In this document: one piece after another, positions 1 through 7,889 of the stretch
Layout: each line of letters begins with the position of its first letter
Position numbering within the stretch: the stretch's first letter is position 1
Assembly (NCBI GenBank): GCA_046757525.1
Contig: JBHHYI010000085.1
Location: 1-18,320, forward strand
DNA from: a bacterium
Lineage (GTDB): Bacteria > Zhuqueibacterota > Zhuqueibacteria > Oceanimicrobiales > Oceanimicrobiaceae
Reading direction: 5' to 3'
Length of the DNA stretch: 18,320 bases
Translations under genes and position numbers: made by a program
Notes under the pieces: model-generated
Databases searched by the model: none
The model's input: the letters and a program-made list of their open reading frames with translations, nothing else
Told to the model about the DNA's origin: nothing

Positions 1-67
1 GTGCACCCGTATTAAAGATCGTCAACATTGGTTAAAAGTGCGCAACATTTCTTGCGAGACCTGTTCC
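1..67 (+). promoter_or_regulatory. Conserved upstream element, copy 1 (candidate cis-regulatory RNA, yybP-ykoY-like; probably truncated by the window edge)
   Basis: TCAACATTGG(t)TAAAA at 22-37 is repeated at 1489-1505. Also a CGCAA/TTGCG hairpin at 41-56 and GCGAGACC at 54-61. The riboswitch assignment is an inference from resemblance to GUCAACAU and GCGAGACC of yybP-ykoY RNAs. Confidence 0.4.
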
Positions 68-191
68 AATGCCTTACCTTTAGCCTACCATTCAAAACTG
101 CTCCAACTGCTAATCCTGCTTCCAAATTTCAGAGGAACAGAAGTTTGTCATCGACAATTGTTTTGGATCGATTTACGCGGGTGGATAAATC

Positions 192-1343
192 ATGGAGAAT
201 CTAAAACGAACTTATGAGTTGACGTTCATCTTCCTTGTTCTATTTCTTGCCCCTGGTTTTGCTCAGGTATCGTTGCCGGAGTTGGTCAGGCGAATCAAGC
301 CGGCCGTAGTAACCGTCCTCACTTTTGACCGCTACCACGGGCTCCTTGCCCAGGGCAGTGGCTTTTTGGTAAGCAACGACCGGGTCATCACCTCCCGGCA
401 TGTGCTTGTCCAGGCCTTTGGCGGCAAGGTCAAGCTCAACGACCGCACTGAATGCGCAATCCGTGGTGTGCTTGCCGAAGACACAGCGCGCGATCTCATC
501 CTTCTCCAGATAGACCCCGTGCTCGAATCGATTGCTCCATTAGAATTGTTCGATGGGTTGCCACAGGAAGGCGAGCGGGTTCTGGTGGTGGGCAGTCCCA
601 TGGGGTTTGGTCAAAGCCTCTCCGATGGCATCGTGGCTGCAATTCGGAAGATCAACACCGTGGGGCAGATCATCCAGATCACAGCGCCCATTTCTTCAGG
701 CAGCAGCGGCAGCCCGGTGGTCAACATGGACGGACAGGTCGTCGGCATTGCCACGGTGCAAATTCTGCAAGGCCAAAACCTCAATTTCGCCATCCCTGGA
801 GAATATGCTCGGCACCTGCACCCCCACAAATTCGTGCACCTCGAAGAATGGCATTTAGAGAGCGCGGGTGCTCCGCCTGCGCTTTCCCAACAATTCTTTA
901 ACCAGGGTCTCCAGTGGGTCAAGGCAAAGAATTATGCCAGGGCTTTACATTATTTCAATATCGCCGTAGCACAAGACACGCATCGCGCCGAGGCCTGGTT
1001 TTACGTCGGCTATTGCAAAGGCCAATTGGGACATTTCAAGGAAGCCATTAAAGCTTCACAAAATGCGCTTCAAATCAATCCCTCGCTGGCCCAGGCGTAC
1101 TACAACCTGGGTGTGGCCTACATGAGCCTGGGCCTGTTGCAAAAAGCACTTGAGGCCTACCAACTGGCTATTCGATTCAAACCGGATTACGTGAATGCTC
1201 GCCTGCATCTTGGATATGCTTACCTGGCCATCGGGAACAAAGGCGGAGCTGTGGCACAATACAAAATTCTCAAGTTCCTCAGTCCCGAGTTGGCAAACTT
1301 CCTGCACCATCAAATCTCTCGATGTCATGAGGTTCTGTTTTAG
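192..1343 (+). CDS. Exported trypsin-like (S1C/Trypsin_2) serine protease with C-terminal TPR repeats, paralog 1
   Basis: Signal peptide (LFLAPGFA|Q), GSGF, catalytic His in ITSRHV, Asp in RDLILL and Ser in ISSGSSGSP. TPR motifs AEAWFYVGYC, AQAYYNLGVAY and ARLHLGYAY. No PDZ domain seen. Confidence 0.92.
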   Translation: MENLKRTYELTFIFLVLFLAPGFAQVSLPELVRRIKPAVVTVLTFDRYHGLLAQGSGFLVSNDRVITSRHVLVQAFGGKVKLNDRTECAIRGVLAEDTARDLILLQIDPVLESIAPLELFDGLPQEGERVLVVGSPMGFGQSLSDGIVAAIRKINTVGQIIQITAPISSGSSGSPVVNMDGQVVGIATVQILQGQNLNFAIPGEYARHLHPHKFVHLEEWHLESAGAPPALSQQFFNQGLQWVKAKNYARALHYFNIAVAQDTHRAEAWFYVGYCKGQLGHFKEAIKASQNALQINPSLAQAYYNLGVAYMSLGLLQKALEAYQLAIRFKPDYVNARLHLGYAYLAIGNKGGAVAQYKILKFLSPELANFLHHQISRCHEVLF

Positions 1344-1387
1344 GTCATTAAATTTTCCTAAACTTCGTTAAATATCGGCAACTTTGC

Positions 1388-1416
1388 TTGCTTCAGAGTT
1401 AAGAGTTTAGTATTTT
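1388..1416 (+). promoter_or_regulatory. Putative sigma70 promoter for paralog 2
   Basis: TTGCTT (1388-1393), 17-nt spacer, TATTTT (1411-1416). Implies a 5' UTR of about 235 nt before ATG 1660. Confidence 0.5.
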
Positions 1417-1453
1417 GTGGGCAACACTGGTGATCAATCACTGGATTGATTTA

Positions 1454-1543
1454 CCGGGGGCTCAGCTTGGCACGACACCGTCGAAGAATCAACATTGGCT
1501 TAAAATCCCGCCATTTCTGCTGGCGTTTCTTGCGCAATACCCG
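1454..1543 (+). promoter_or_regulatory. Conserved upstream element, copy 2 (candidate cis-regulatory RNA, degenerate yybP-ykoY-like)
   Basis: Order of parts: CCGGGGGCTCAGC, hairpin CGAC-ACC-GTCG, TCAACATTGGCTTAAAA, hairpin CGCCA/TGGCG (1509-1525), then GCAATACCCG whose CCCG can close with CGGG at 1455-1458. Confidence 0.4.
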
Positions 1544-1659
1544 CGACGTTTTTGTCTGAGTCTGACCAGGCTTTCACACATTCACTCATAAGGGGAATTC
1601 TATGGCATCAAGTAGGCGATAATCCACTCCTGAGAACCAAACTTCTGCACGAGGGCAAA

Positions 1660-2799
1660 ATGAAAAAGCAGTCTCTTTCCTTGTTTTTTGCCTTTTTGTT
1701 CGCATGGCACCTTCATCCTCCTTCTTTGTCTGCCAGTGAATCCATTCCTGACCTCGTTAAACTGATCAAGCCTTCGGTGGTTACCATTGTTACCTTCGAC
1801 CGGCACGGCCGCAGACTCAAACTGGGCACCGGTTTTTTCCTGGCCCGTGGCGTGGTCGCCTCCACGCGGCACGTCCTCGAAGGAGGACAGCGGGCGGAAA
1901 TCAGGATGTCCGATGGTCGCGAGGTGCCGATCCGCGGTATGCTGGCCGAGGACCAGAACAGCGATCTGATTCTGATCGAGGTAGATGGCGCACAAGTGGA
2001 CACGCCACCGCTCACCGTGGTGAGCCATCTGCCGGTCCCGGGCGAGAAGGTGATCGTGCTGGGCAGCCCTTTGGGCCTGGAACAGACGCTGTCAGACGGG
2101 ATCGTTTCAGCCATTCGGGATCTACCGAATATCGGTCGCGTCATTCAAATTACTGCACCGATTTCCACCGGCAGCAGCGGCAGCCCGGTAGTGAATCTGA
2201 ATGGCGAAGTGATCGGCATCGCCACCATGCAAATGGAAGAGGGGCAGAATCTGAATTTTGCCGTTCCCGGTGCGCGTCTGCTCGAGATTCAGTCAACCCA
2301 TCCGGTCCGCACCCTGGCGCACTGGAATGCCCAATCCACTCAGGCTTTGCTAAAAAATCCGGAGAAGTTGTTCAACCACGGGCTGGCGCAGATCAAAAAC
2401 GACCAGTACGCGGAAGCGCTGGCTTATTTCGAACGCGCCACAATCCAGCAGCCGCAGTTTACAGAGGCGTGGTTTTACATCGGATTTTGTCTGGGGGAGA
2501 TCGGCCGCCTCAAAGAATCCATCAGAGCGACCAAACAGGCCATTGAGCTGGACCCGTATTTTGCCGAAGCTTACTATAATCTGGGATTAGCCTACGCAAA
2601 ACTGGGCGACTGGCGCGCTGCCCACAAGGCCTTCACAACCAGCATCGACCTGAAGCCCGATTACGCCTTCGCCCACCTCAACCTGGGCTACGCCTACCTG
2701 GCCGTCGGCGACATCAAGGCCGCTCTCAAGGAATACAAAATCCTGCTGAATCTCGACCAGAAACTGGCAGAAAGTTTGTTTGGAGTGATGGAGCAGTGA
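1660..2799 (+). CDS. Exported trypsin-like serine protease with C-terminal TPR repeats, paralog 2
   Basis: Start moved from 1552 to ATG 1660: GAGGG RBS, MKK plus a hydrophobic signal peptide, and collinearity with paralog 1. Triad in ASTRHV, SDLILI and ISTGSSGSP. TPRs TEAWFYIGFC, AEAYYNLGLAY and AHLNLGYAY. Confidence 0.92.
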   Translation: MKKQSLSLFFAFLFAWHLHPPSLSASESIPDLVKLIKPSVVTIVTFDRHGRRLKLGTGFFLARGVVASTRHVLEGGQRAEIRMSDGREVPIRGMLAEDQNSDLILIEVDGAQVDTPPLTVVSHLPVPGEKVIVLGSPLGLEQTLSDGIVSAIRDLPNIGRVIQITAPISTGSSGSPVVNLNGEVIGIATMQMEEGQNLNFAVPGARLLEIQSTHPVRTLAHWNAQSTQALLKNPEKLFNHGLAQIKNDQYAEALAYFERATIQQPQFTEAWFYIGFCLGEIGRLKESIRATKQAIELDPYFAEAYYNLGLAYAKLGDWRAAHKAFTTSIDLKPDYAFAHLNLGYAYLAVGDIKAALKEYKILLNLDQKLAESLFGVMEQ

Positions 2800-2821
2800 A
2801 GCGCCAAATCTCTCTGCGGTA

Positions 2822-2848
2822 GCCCGGTTCAATTAATGAGGCCCGGGC
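2822..2848. terminator. GC-rich hairpin between convergent genes (possible terminator or stabiliser)
   Basis: GCCCGG (2822-2827) / CCGGGC (2843-2848) with inner TCA/TGA pairing. No clear U-tract on either strand. Confidence 0.35.
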
Positions 2849-2861
2849 GCAAGAACAAACC

Positions 2862-5024
2862 TCACACCACCATGCTCAACCCAATCCGCCCCTTCTCCGC
2901 ATCGACCTTGAGCACTTTCACGTCGATTACATCGCCCACCGAAACCAGGTCCAGGGGGTTCTTGACAAATTTTGTCGACATTTGACTTTTGTGCACCAGG
3001 CCGTCAACTTTGACACCGATGTCCACAAAAGCGCCAAAATCGACCACGTTACGCACGGTGCCTTTGAGAACCATCCCTTCGGTCAAATCTTCCATTTTAA
3101 GCACGTCGCTGCGCAGAATGGGCTTGGGCATTTCATCGCGAGGGTCGCGGTTGGGTTTCTCCAGGCTGGCGATGATGTCTTCAAGTGTGGGCAGCCCAAC
3201 CCCACAATCGCTGGCCAAACTCTCCAGTTTGATTTGGCTTTCGCGAATCTTTTTGCGCAATATCTGGCCATTTCCTCGAACCTCGGCTTCGCTCAAATCA
3301 AACCGTTTTAGAAGCTTTTCAGCGGCCTGGTAGGATTCCGGGTGCACAGCCGTCGAATCGAAGAAGACGTCTCCGTCTGGGATGCGCAGAAAGCCCGCAG
3401 CCTGAGTAAAAGCCATGCTGCCCACGCCTTTCACCTTTGTCAGTTCCGCCCTGGTTGTGATGCGCCCGTGTTCTTCGCGGTACTTAACGATGTTTTCGGC
3501 CGTGCGGTTGTTGATGCCCGCGACATACCGCAGCAGCGATTTAGAGGCCGTGTTCAAGTTGACTCCGATGTAGTTGACCGCAGACTCCACCACGCGATCC
3601 AGGGATTCTGCCAACCGATTCTGGTTGACATCGTGCTGGTAAAGTCCTACGCCGATGGACTTGGGGTCGATTTTCACCAACTCGGAAAGCGGGTCGAGCA
3701 ACCGTCGGGCGATGGAGATGTTACCGCGCAGCTCTGCAGGCAAGTCGGGAAACTCCTCGGCGGCGACCGGCGAGGCCGAGTAAACCGAGGCACCGGCCTC
3801 GTTGACAATCACGTAAAAGAGTTCTCCGGCCACTTCACCAATAATCTCTGCCACCAACTGCTCTGTTTCTCTGGAGGCGGTGCCGTTGCCAATGGCGATG
3901 ACGTCGACGTGGTGCTTTTCCACGAGTTCCTTCAGTTGCACTTTGGCGTAATCCCAGCGCTTTTTGGGCGCGTGCGGGTAGATGGTGAGGCCTTCCAAAT
4001 ATTTGCCAGTCCTGTCGATGACGGCGACTTTGCAACCGGTGCGGTAGCCCGGGTCGATGCCCATGACGATTTTGTCACGGAGTGGTGGCGCCAAAAGGAG
4101 ATTCTTCACATTTTCCGCGAAGACTTTGATGGCGTGCTCGTCCGCCTTTTCGGTGATGGCGTTGCGGATGTCGCGTTCGATGGAAGGCGCTATCAGGCGC
4201 TGGTAGCTGTCGCAAAGGGCCAGCTCCATTTGCTCGGAGAAAATAGAATTGGGATTCTTCAGGTAACGACGTCTCAGCTTGTTCAAAACCTCTTCGACTT
4301 CAACCTCCACGTTGACCCGGAGAATCCCCTCGCGTTCGCCACGATTGACGGCCAGAATTCTGTGCGGCCGCATGTGTTTCACTGGTTCGCGGTAGTCGGC
4401 ATACATTTCGTAGACCGAGAGATTCTCTTCATCCCGTGCCTTGGAAGTTAAGATGCCTGTGTGCAAAGTAAATTTGCGAATTTCTTTGCGCACCTCGGCG
4501 TTTTCGGCAACGACCTCCGCGACGATGTCGCGTGCGCCGGCTAAAGCGTCTGCCGGGGCATTCACTTCTTTTTCGGGATTGAGATACGGTCTGGCCACTT
4601 CTTCCAGCGAGCCCTGCTCCAGTTCCTGGGCTAAGATCATCTCAGCCAGCGGTTCCAACCCCTTTTCTCGAGCAACCGTCGCCCGGGTACGCTTCTTGGG
4701 TCGATAGGGCAGGTAAAGGTCTTCAACTTCTTGTAGCCTGGTGGCTTGTTCGATTTTTGCTTTGAGCTCAGGTGTAAGCTTGCCCTGCTTGTCAATGGAT
4801 TCTAAAACCGTGTCTTGGCGTTCCTGTAAGTTGCGCAAATAGCGAATGCGGTCTTCTATTTGGCGGATTTGTTCTTCATTCAGGCCCCCGGTTACTTCCT
4901 TACGGTAGCGCGCAATGAAGGGCACGGTGTTGCCCGCGTCGAGCAACTCTATGGTGCTTTTGACTTGCCCTGAGCGGAGATTAATCTCCCTGCCAATCAG
5001 GTCGCAGAAATCAGATGAATCCAA
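2862..5024 (-). CDS. tex: Tex/YhgF RNA-binding transcriptional accessory protein (S1 domain)
   Basis: GNTVPFIARYRKE, EDLYLPY, YqgF-like MGIDPGYRTGCK, VNEAGASVYSAS, DPKSIGVGLYQHDV, HhH motif, and C-terminal S1 GTVRNVVDFGAFVDIG. Start moved to TTG 5024, which is preceded by AAGGAG (720 aa). Confidence 0.96.
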   Translation of the reverse strand: MDSSDFCDLIGREINLRSGQVKSTIELLDAGNTVPFIARYRKEVTGGLNEEQIRQIEDRIRYLRNLQERQDTVLESIDKQGKLTPELKAKIEQATRLQEVEDLYLPYRPKKRTRATVAREKGLEPLAEMILAQELEQGSLEEVARPYLNPEKEVNAPADALAGARDIVAEVVAENAEVRKEIRKFTLHTGILTSKARDEENLSVYEMYADYREPVKHMRPHRILAVNRGEREGILRVNVEVEVEEVLNKLRRRYLKNPNSIFSEQMELALCDSYQRLIAPSIERDIRNAITEKADEHAIKVFAENVKNLLLAPPLRDKIVMGIDPGYRTGCKVAVIDRTGKYLEGLTIYPHAPKKRWDYAKVQLKELVEKHHVDVIAIGNGTASRETEQLVAEIIGEVAGELFYVIVNEAGASVYSASPVAAEEFPDLPAELRGNISIARRLLDPLSELVKIDPKSIGVGLYQHDVNQNRLAESLDRVVESAVNYIGVNLNTASKSLLRYVAGINNRTAENIVKYREEHGRITTRAELTKVKGVGSMAFTQAAGFLRIPDGDVFFDSTAVHPESYQAAEKLLKRFDLSEAEVRGNGQILRKKIRESQIKLESLASDCGVGLPTLEDIIASLEKPNRDPRDEMPKPILRSDVLKMEDLTEGMVLKGTVRNVVDFGAFVDIGVKVDGLVHKSQMSTKFVKNPLDLVSVGDVIDVKVLKVDAEKGRIGLSMVV

Positions 5025-5063
5025 GCCTGGTCTCCTTGAGATTGAATGGATCGGTTGTGCCAC

Positions 5064-5091
5064 AAGATAAGAAATTTGGCAAAAAAAGCAA
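5064..5091 (-). promoter_or_regulatory. Putative sigma70 promoter for tex
   Basis: Minus strand TTGCTT (5091-5086), 16-nt spacer, TATCTT (5069-5064). Confidence 0.45.
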
Positions 5092-5275
5092 GGGTAAATC
5101 ACCAGGGAGCGGCGACTTTTTGCGGGCTGTGCCTGTCCCGAACAAGACGCCCGCCATGCCGGACAGGCTTTTGCTCTCTGGCCCGCCACACGATCATCGG
5201 TTCAATCCAGGGTACGGATCGTCGGGTCGCAGGGAGGGGAGCGGTGCAGGTTTGCGAAAACGAGGGAATGGGCAG

Positions 5276-6709
5276 CTATTCTAATTCAAAAGCAATATAC
5301 ATTAACTGCCCTTGCCGTTCAACCTGAGCGGCTACTGCCTGATAAGGTTTCAGATTTTTTAGGGAGTTTCGCAATTCTGCGAGGTTGGTGACGGGTTTAT
5401 TGTTGATTGAATAAATAACGTCGCCGGGGTAAAAGCCGCCTTCCCAATGAGGCGCGTCCGCGGAGCGTGCTGCCACCACAATCCCTTTCTTTTTTCTTAC
5501 ATGGGGCAGCATTTTCCGGATGTGCTCGTCCAGGTCGATGCCCAGAATCCCCAGTTTTGGCACCAGGTTTTCATCGGGAGTGACCATGCTTGCAAAGCGT
5601 CCAGGATCGTCATCGCGTTCCATGACAGGCACCGCAATCACCAGATTCCGAGAACCCCTGGTGACTTCCAGTCTCACCTGTTGGCCGATGGGCCGGCGAT
5701 AAAGATTCACGTCAAATTGACGACCATTTTCCATCACTTTGCCATCCAAGGTGTTGATCACGTCACCAACTTTGAGACCGGCTTTGTCTGCCGGACTGTC
5801 GGGATAAACATCCCCGATTACCACACCCCAGTCTTTTGACAGCCCCAGACCGGACGCCAAGGTAGGGGTTATGGTTTGGGCATAGGCCCCGATGATGCCT
5901 CGGCGCACGTGGCCATGCCGGCGAATCTGTTGAAAGACATTCTTGACGATATTGCTGGGCGCTGCGAATCCCAATCCTTCGTTACCACCGGATTGGGTAA
6001 GAATGAACGTGTTGATGCCAACCACCTGTCCGTCGGTGTTGACCAACGGCCCGCCGCTGTTTCCCGGGTTGATGGCGGCATCCGTTTGGACGTAAATCAT
6101 GGGGTCTTCAGGACGAAGCTGCCTGGCAATGGAACTGATTACGCCCATGGTCACCGAGTTCTCCAAACCCAACGGACTGCCAAAGGCCAGGACCAGTTGA
6201 CCGGTTCGGAGCTCATCCGAATCGCCCAATTGCAGGTAAGCCAACCCCGTTTCCTGCACCTTCAAAACAGCTAAATCGGTTTCCAAATCGACGCCTACAA
6301 TTTGCGCACCGGTGAACTTGCCCTTGGATTTTAGAATAGATCGTCTGTGGGTGCCGTTCTTGACGCTACGGGTCAACATTACCTGCACCCGGCGAGCGCC
6401 AGAGACCACGTGGGCATTGGTGACAATGTAGCCGTCAGGGGTCAGAATCACGCCCGAGCCGCTGCTGCGCTGCCTGGCCAGCAGGCTGGCGTTGGTACCT
6501 CCGCCTACCGGAACCGAGCTGTATCCTGTGGCGAACACTTGCACCACCGCAGGTCGCACACTTGCCGACAGTTCCTCAAAGGACTGGCTCAGTTGGGCCA
6601 GGCTGGGTACCGGGTTGGGGTTGGATTGCGTTTGTGCCAGAATTGCCGTCTGGTGTTGAAAAACTGCCGAGGTCAATATCAGCAAAACGATCTTCGTGGT
6701 TGTCTTCAT
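5276..6709 (-). CDS. htrA: HtrA/DegP/DegQ-family periplasmic serine protease (trypsin domain plus 2 PDZ)
   Basis: Signal peptide, GSGVI, VTNAHVV, TDLAVLK, QTDAAINPGNSGGPL, two PDZ-like domains (SPADKAGLKVGDVI; GFYPGDVIYSINNK), AAGGAGG RBS. Confidence 0.95.
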   Translation of the reverse strand: MKTTTKIVLLILTSAVFQHQTAILAQTQSNPNPVPSLAQLSQSFEELSASVRPAVVQVFATGYSSVPVGGGTNASLLARQRSSGSGVILTPDGYIVTNAHVVSGARRVQVMLTRSVKNGTHRRSILKSKGKFTGAQIVGVDLETDLAVLKVQETGLAYLQLGDSDELRTGQLVLAFGSPLGLENSVTMGVISSIARQLRPEDPMIYVQTDAAINPGNSGGPLVNTDGQVVGINTFILTQSGGNEGLGFAAPSNIVKNVFQQIRRHGHVRRGIIGAYAQTITPTLASGLGLSKDWGVVIGDVYPDSPADKAGLKVGDVINTLDGKVMENGRQFDVNLYRRPIGQQVRLEVTRGSRNLVIAVPVMERDDDPGRFASMVTPDENLVPKLGILGIDLDEHIRKMLPHVRKKKGIVVAARSADAPHWEGGFYPGDVIYSINNKPVTNLAELRNSLKNLKPYQAVAAQVERQGQLMYIAFELE

Positions 6710-6844
6710 TATTCCTCCTTATTCATTGCTTGAAACAAGAAATCAACCCTCACTCCTATCAACCTGTTTATTTTTCCAAATACTCCCAAAAATTCACAGT
6801 AGAATCATTTTTGGCAACTGGAATTCGGCTTCTGACACAATTCT

Positions 6845-7195
6845 TCACAAGATTTCATCGATTCTTGCAGCGGGTCGGCCCAGGATGGCTTTGTCCCCTT
6901 TGACGATGATTGGCCGTTGCAGCAGCCTGGGATGCTCCGCAGCAATTTTTGCGAATGCCTCCACGGTCAACGACTGGCCTTTTAGTCCCAGGGCCTTGTA
7001 TTCTGGTTCGTTGGTGCGAATGAATTCTTCCAGGGGTTGACCGCTCTGCTCGATCAGGCGTGCCAACTCCGCCGGGTCGATCTCGTCTTTCATATATTCG
7101 AAAACCTCGACCTCTAACTCCTTGTTGTGCAAATATTGCAATCCCGCACGACTTTTCGAACAGCGCGGGTTGTGCCAGATTTTGATTTTAGCCAT
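6845..7195 (-). CDS. ArsC/Spx/MgsR-family protein (glutaredoxin-type arsenate reductase-like)
   Basis: HNPRCSKSR active-site motif, FIRT, HPRLLQRPII and LGRP. Start moved to ATG 7195 with AAAGGAG RBS. No other ars genes nearby, so an arsenate function is not assumed. Confidence 0.88.
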   Translation of the reverse strand: MAKIKIWHNPRCSKSRAGLQYLHNKELEVEVFEYMKDEIDPAELARLIEQSGQPLEEFIRTNEPEYKALGLKGQSLTVEAFAKIAAEHPRLLQRPIIVKGDKAILGRPAARIDEIL

Positions 7196-7500
7196 ATTCG
7201 CTCCTTTCATTCGTCTTGTTCAGGAAAAGCTCGAGATGAGCGTTTATTCGGGATAAAAGAGCCTCAGAAAACTTCCTCGGTTGCAAAGGCGTTAGGTGCA
7301 CTTAACTTGCTGTTTCAAAAAGACCTTCGAGAGAGCACAAAATCAGCCCACAGAACCTGCGCGTTTTGTCAAGTGCCAACTGATGTTAAAAAACGCACTC
7401 GAATGCTGATTTAGAGCACTGGCCTTGTGGGCAATATTTTCTTTGTTACTGCTCTTGGTGTTGTGAGCGAAGTTCCACTTGGTATTACTTTATTTTGATT

Positions 7501-7767
7501 TTAGTCTTCACCTGCTAATTCAAGTTCTTCTTCCAACTCAGATGCATCATAATCGATTAGATCGATGCCATACTTATCTAATTCGACTAAAAATCTTTCC
7601 TTATTCATGCCTGCCAATTCAGAGGCTTGCCCAAATATAAGTTTATGATTTTTTAACAATTGCAGTGCTGCAAACAAACGGGTTTGCTGAGTAAATTCGT
7701 CTCTATTTTGATTCAACGCATGCAAGATACTTTCTGGTATATCAAAAGCGATTTGAGTCGTTCTCGT
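7501..7767 (-). CDS. UPF0175-family (putative antitoxin) protein; start codon reads ACG (non-canonical start or pseudogene)
   Basis: The frame extends upstream of TTG 7725 as ACG-RTTQIAFDIPESILHALNQ, with GAGGA RBS 6 nt before the ACG and an in-frame TGA just upstream. Family-like motif KLIFGQASELAGM..ERF..EL..YGI..DYDASELEEEL. Confidence 0.75.
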   Translation of the reverse strand, partial: TRTTQIAFDIPESILHALNQNRDEFTQQTRLFAALQLLKNHKLIFGQASELAGMNKERFLVELDKYGIDLIDYDASELEEELELAGED

Positions 7768-7889
7768 CGGATTTCCTCATATATTTAGTTGCTAAAATTG
7801 GATTGTTTACCCTCATAAATTAAATTAGCGAATTGGCCTGCCGATTGCAAGAGAGATCGAATGGGCAAGGTGCCTCTCAGAATCGTCCC

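Noticed and set aside
1552..1659. N-terminal extension of paralog 2 in the ORF track
   Set aside because: ATG 1660 has an RBS, gives a proper signal peptide and matches paralog 1 and the conserved-element spacing.
3342..4451. 369-aa plus-strand ORF
   Set aside because: Lies wholly antisense to tex, with no recognisable motifs; typical shadow ORF of GC-rich coding sequence.
5025..5189. 55-aa N-terminal extension of Tex
   Set aside because: Not Tex-like; it overlaps the predicted promoter, and TTG 5024 has an AAGGAG RBS.
7127..7414. 95-aa plus-strand ORF between arsC-like and UPF0175
   Set aside because: Overlaps the arsC-like gene antisense, has no RBS or PIN/DUF3368 motifs, and is on the wrong strand to be the cognate toxin.
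7367..7420. CIRCE-like or sigma54-like fragments (GCACTC, TTGGCACT)
   Set aside because: No TTAGCACTC-N9-GAGTGCTAA pairing and no TTGC at the -12 position. The TTGACA here lacks a matching -10.
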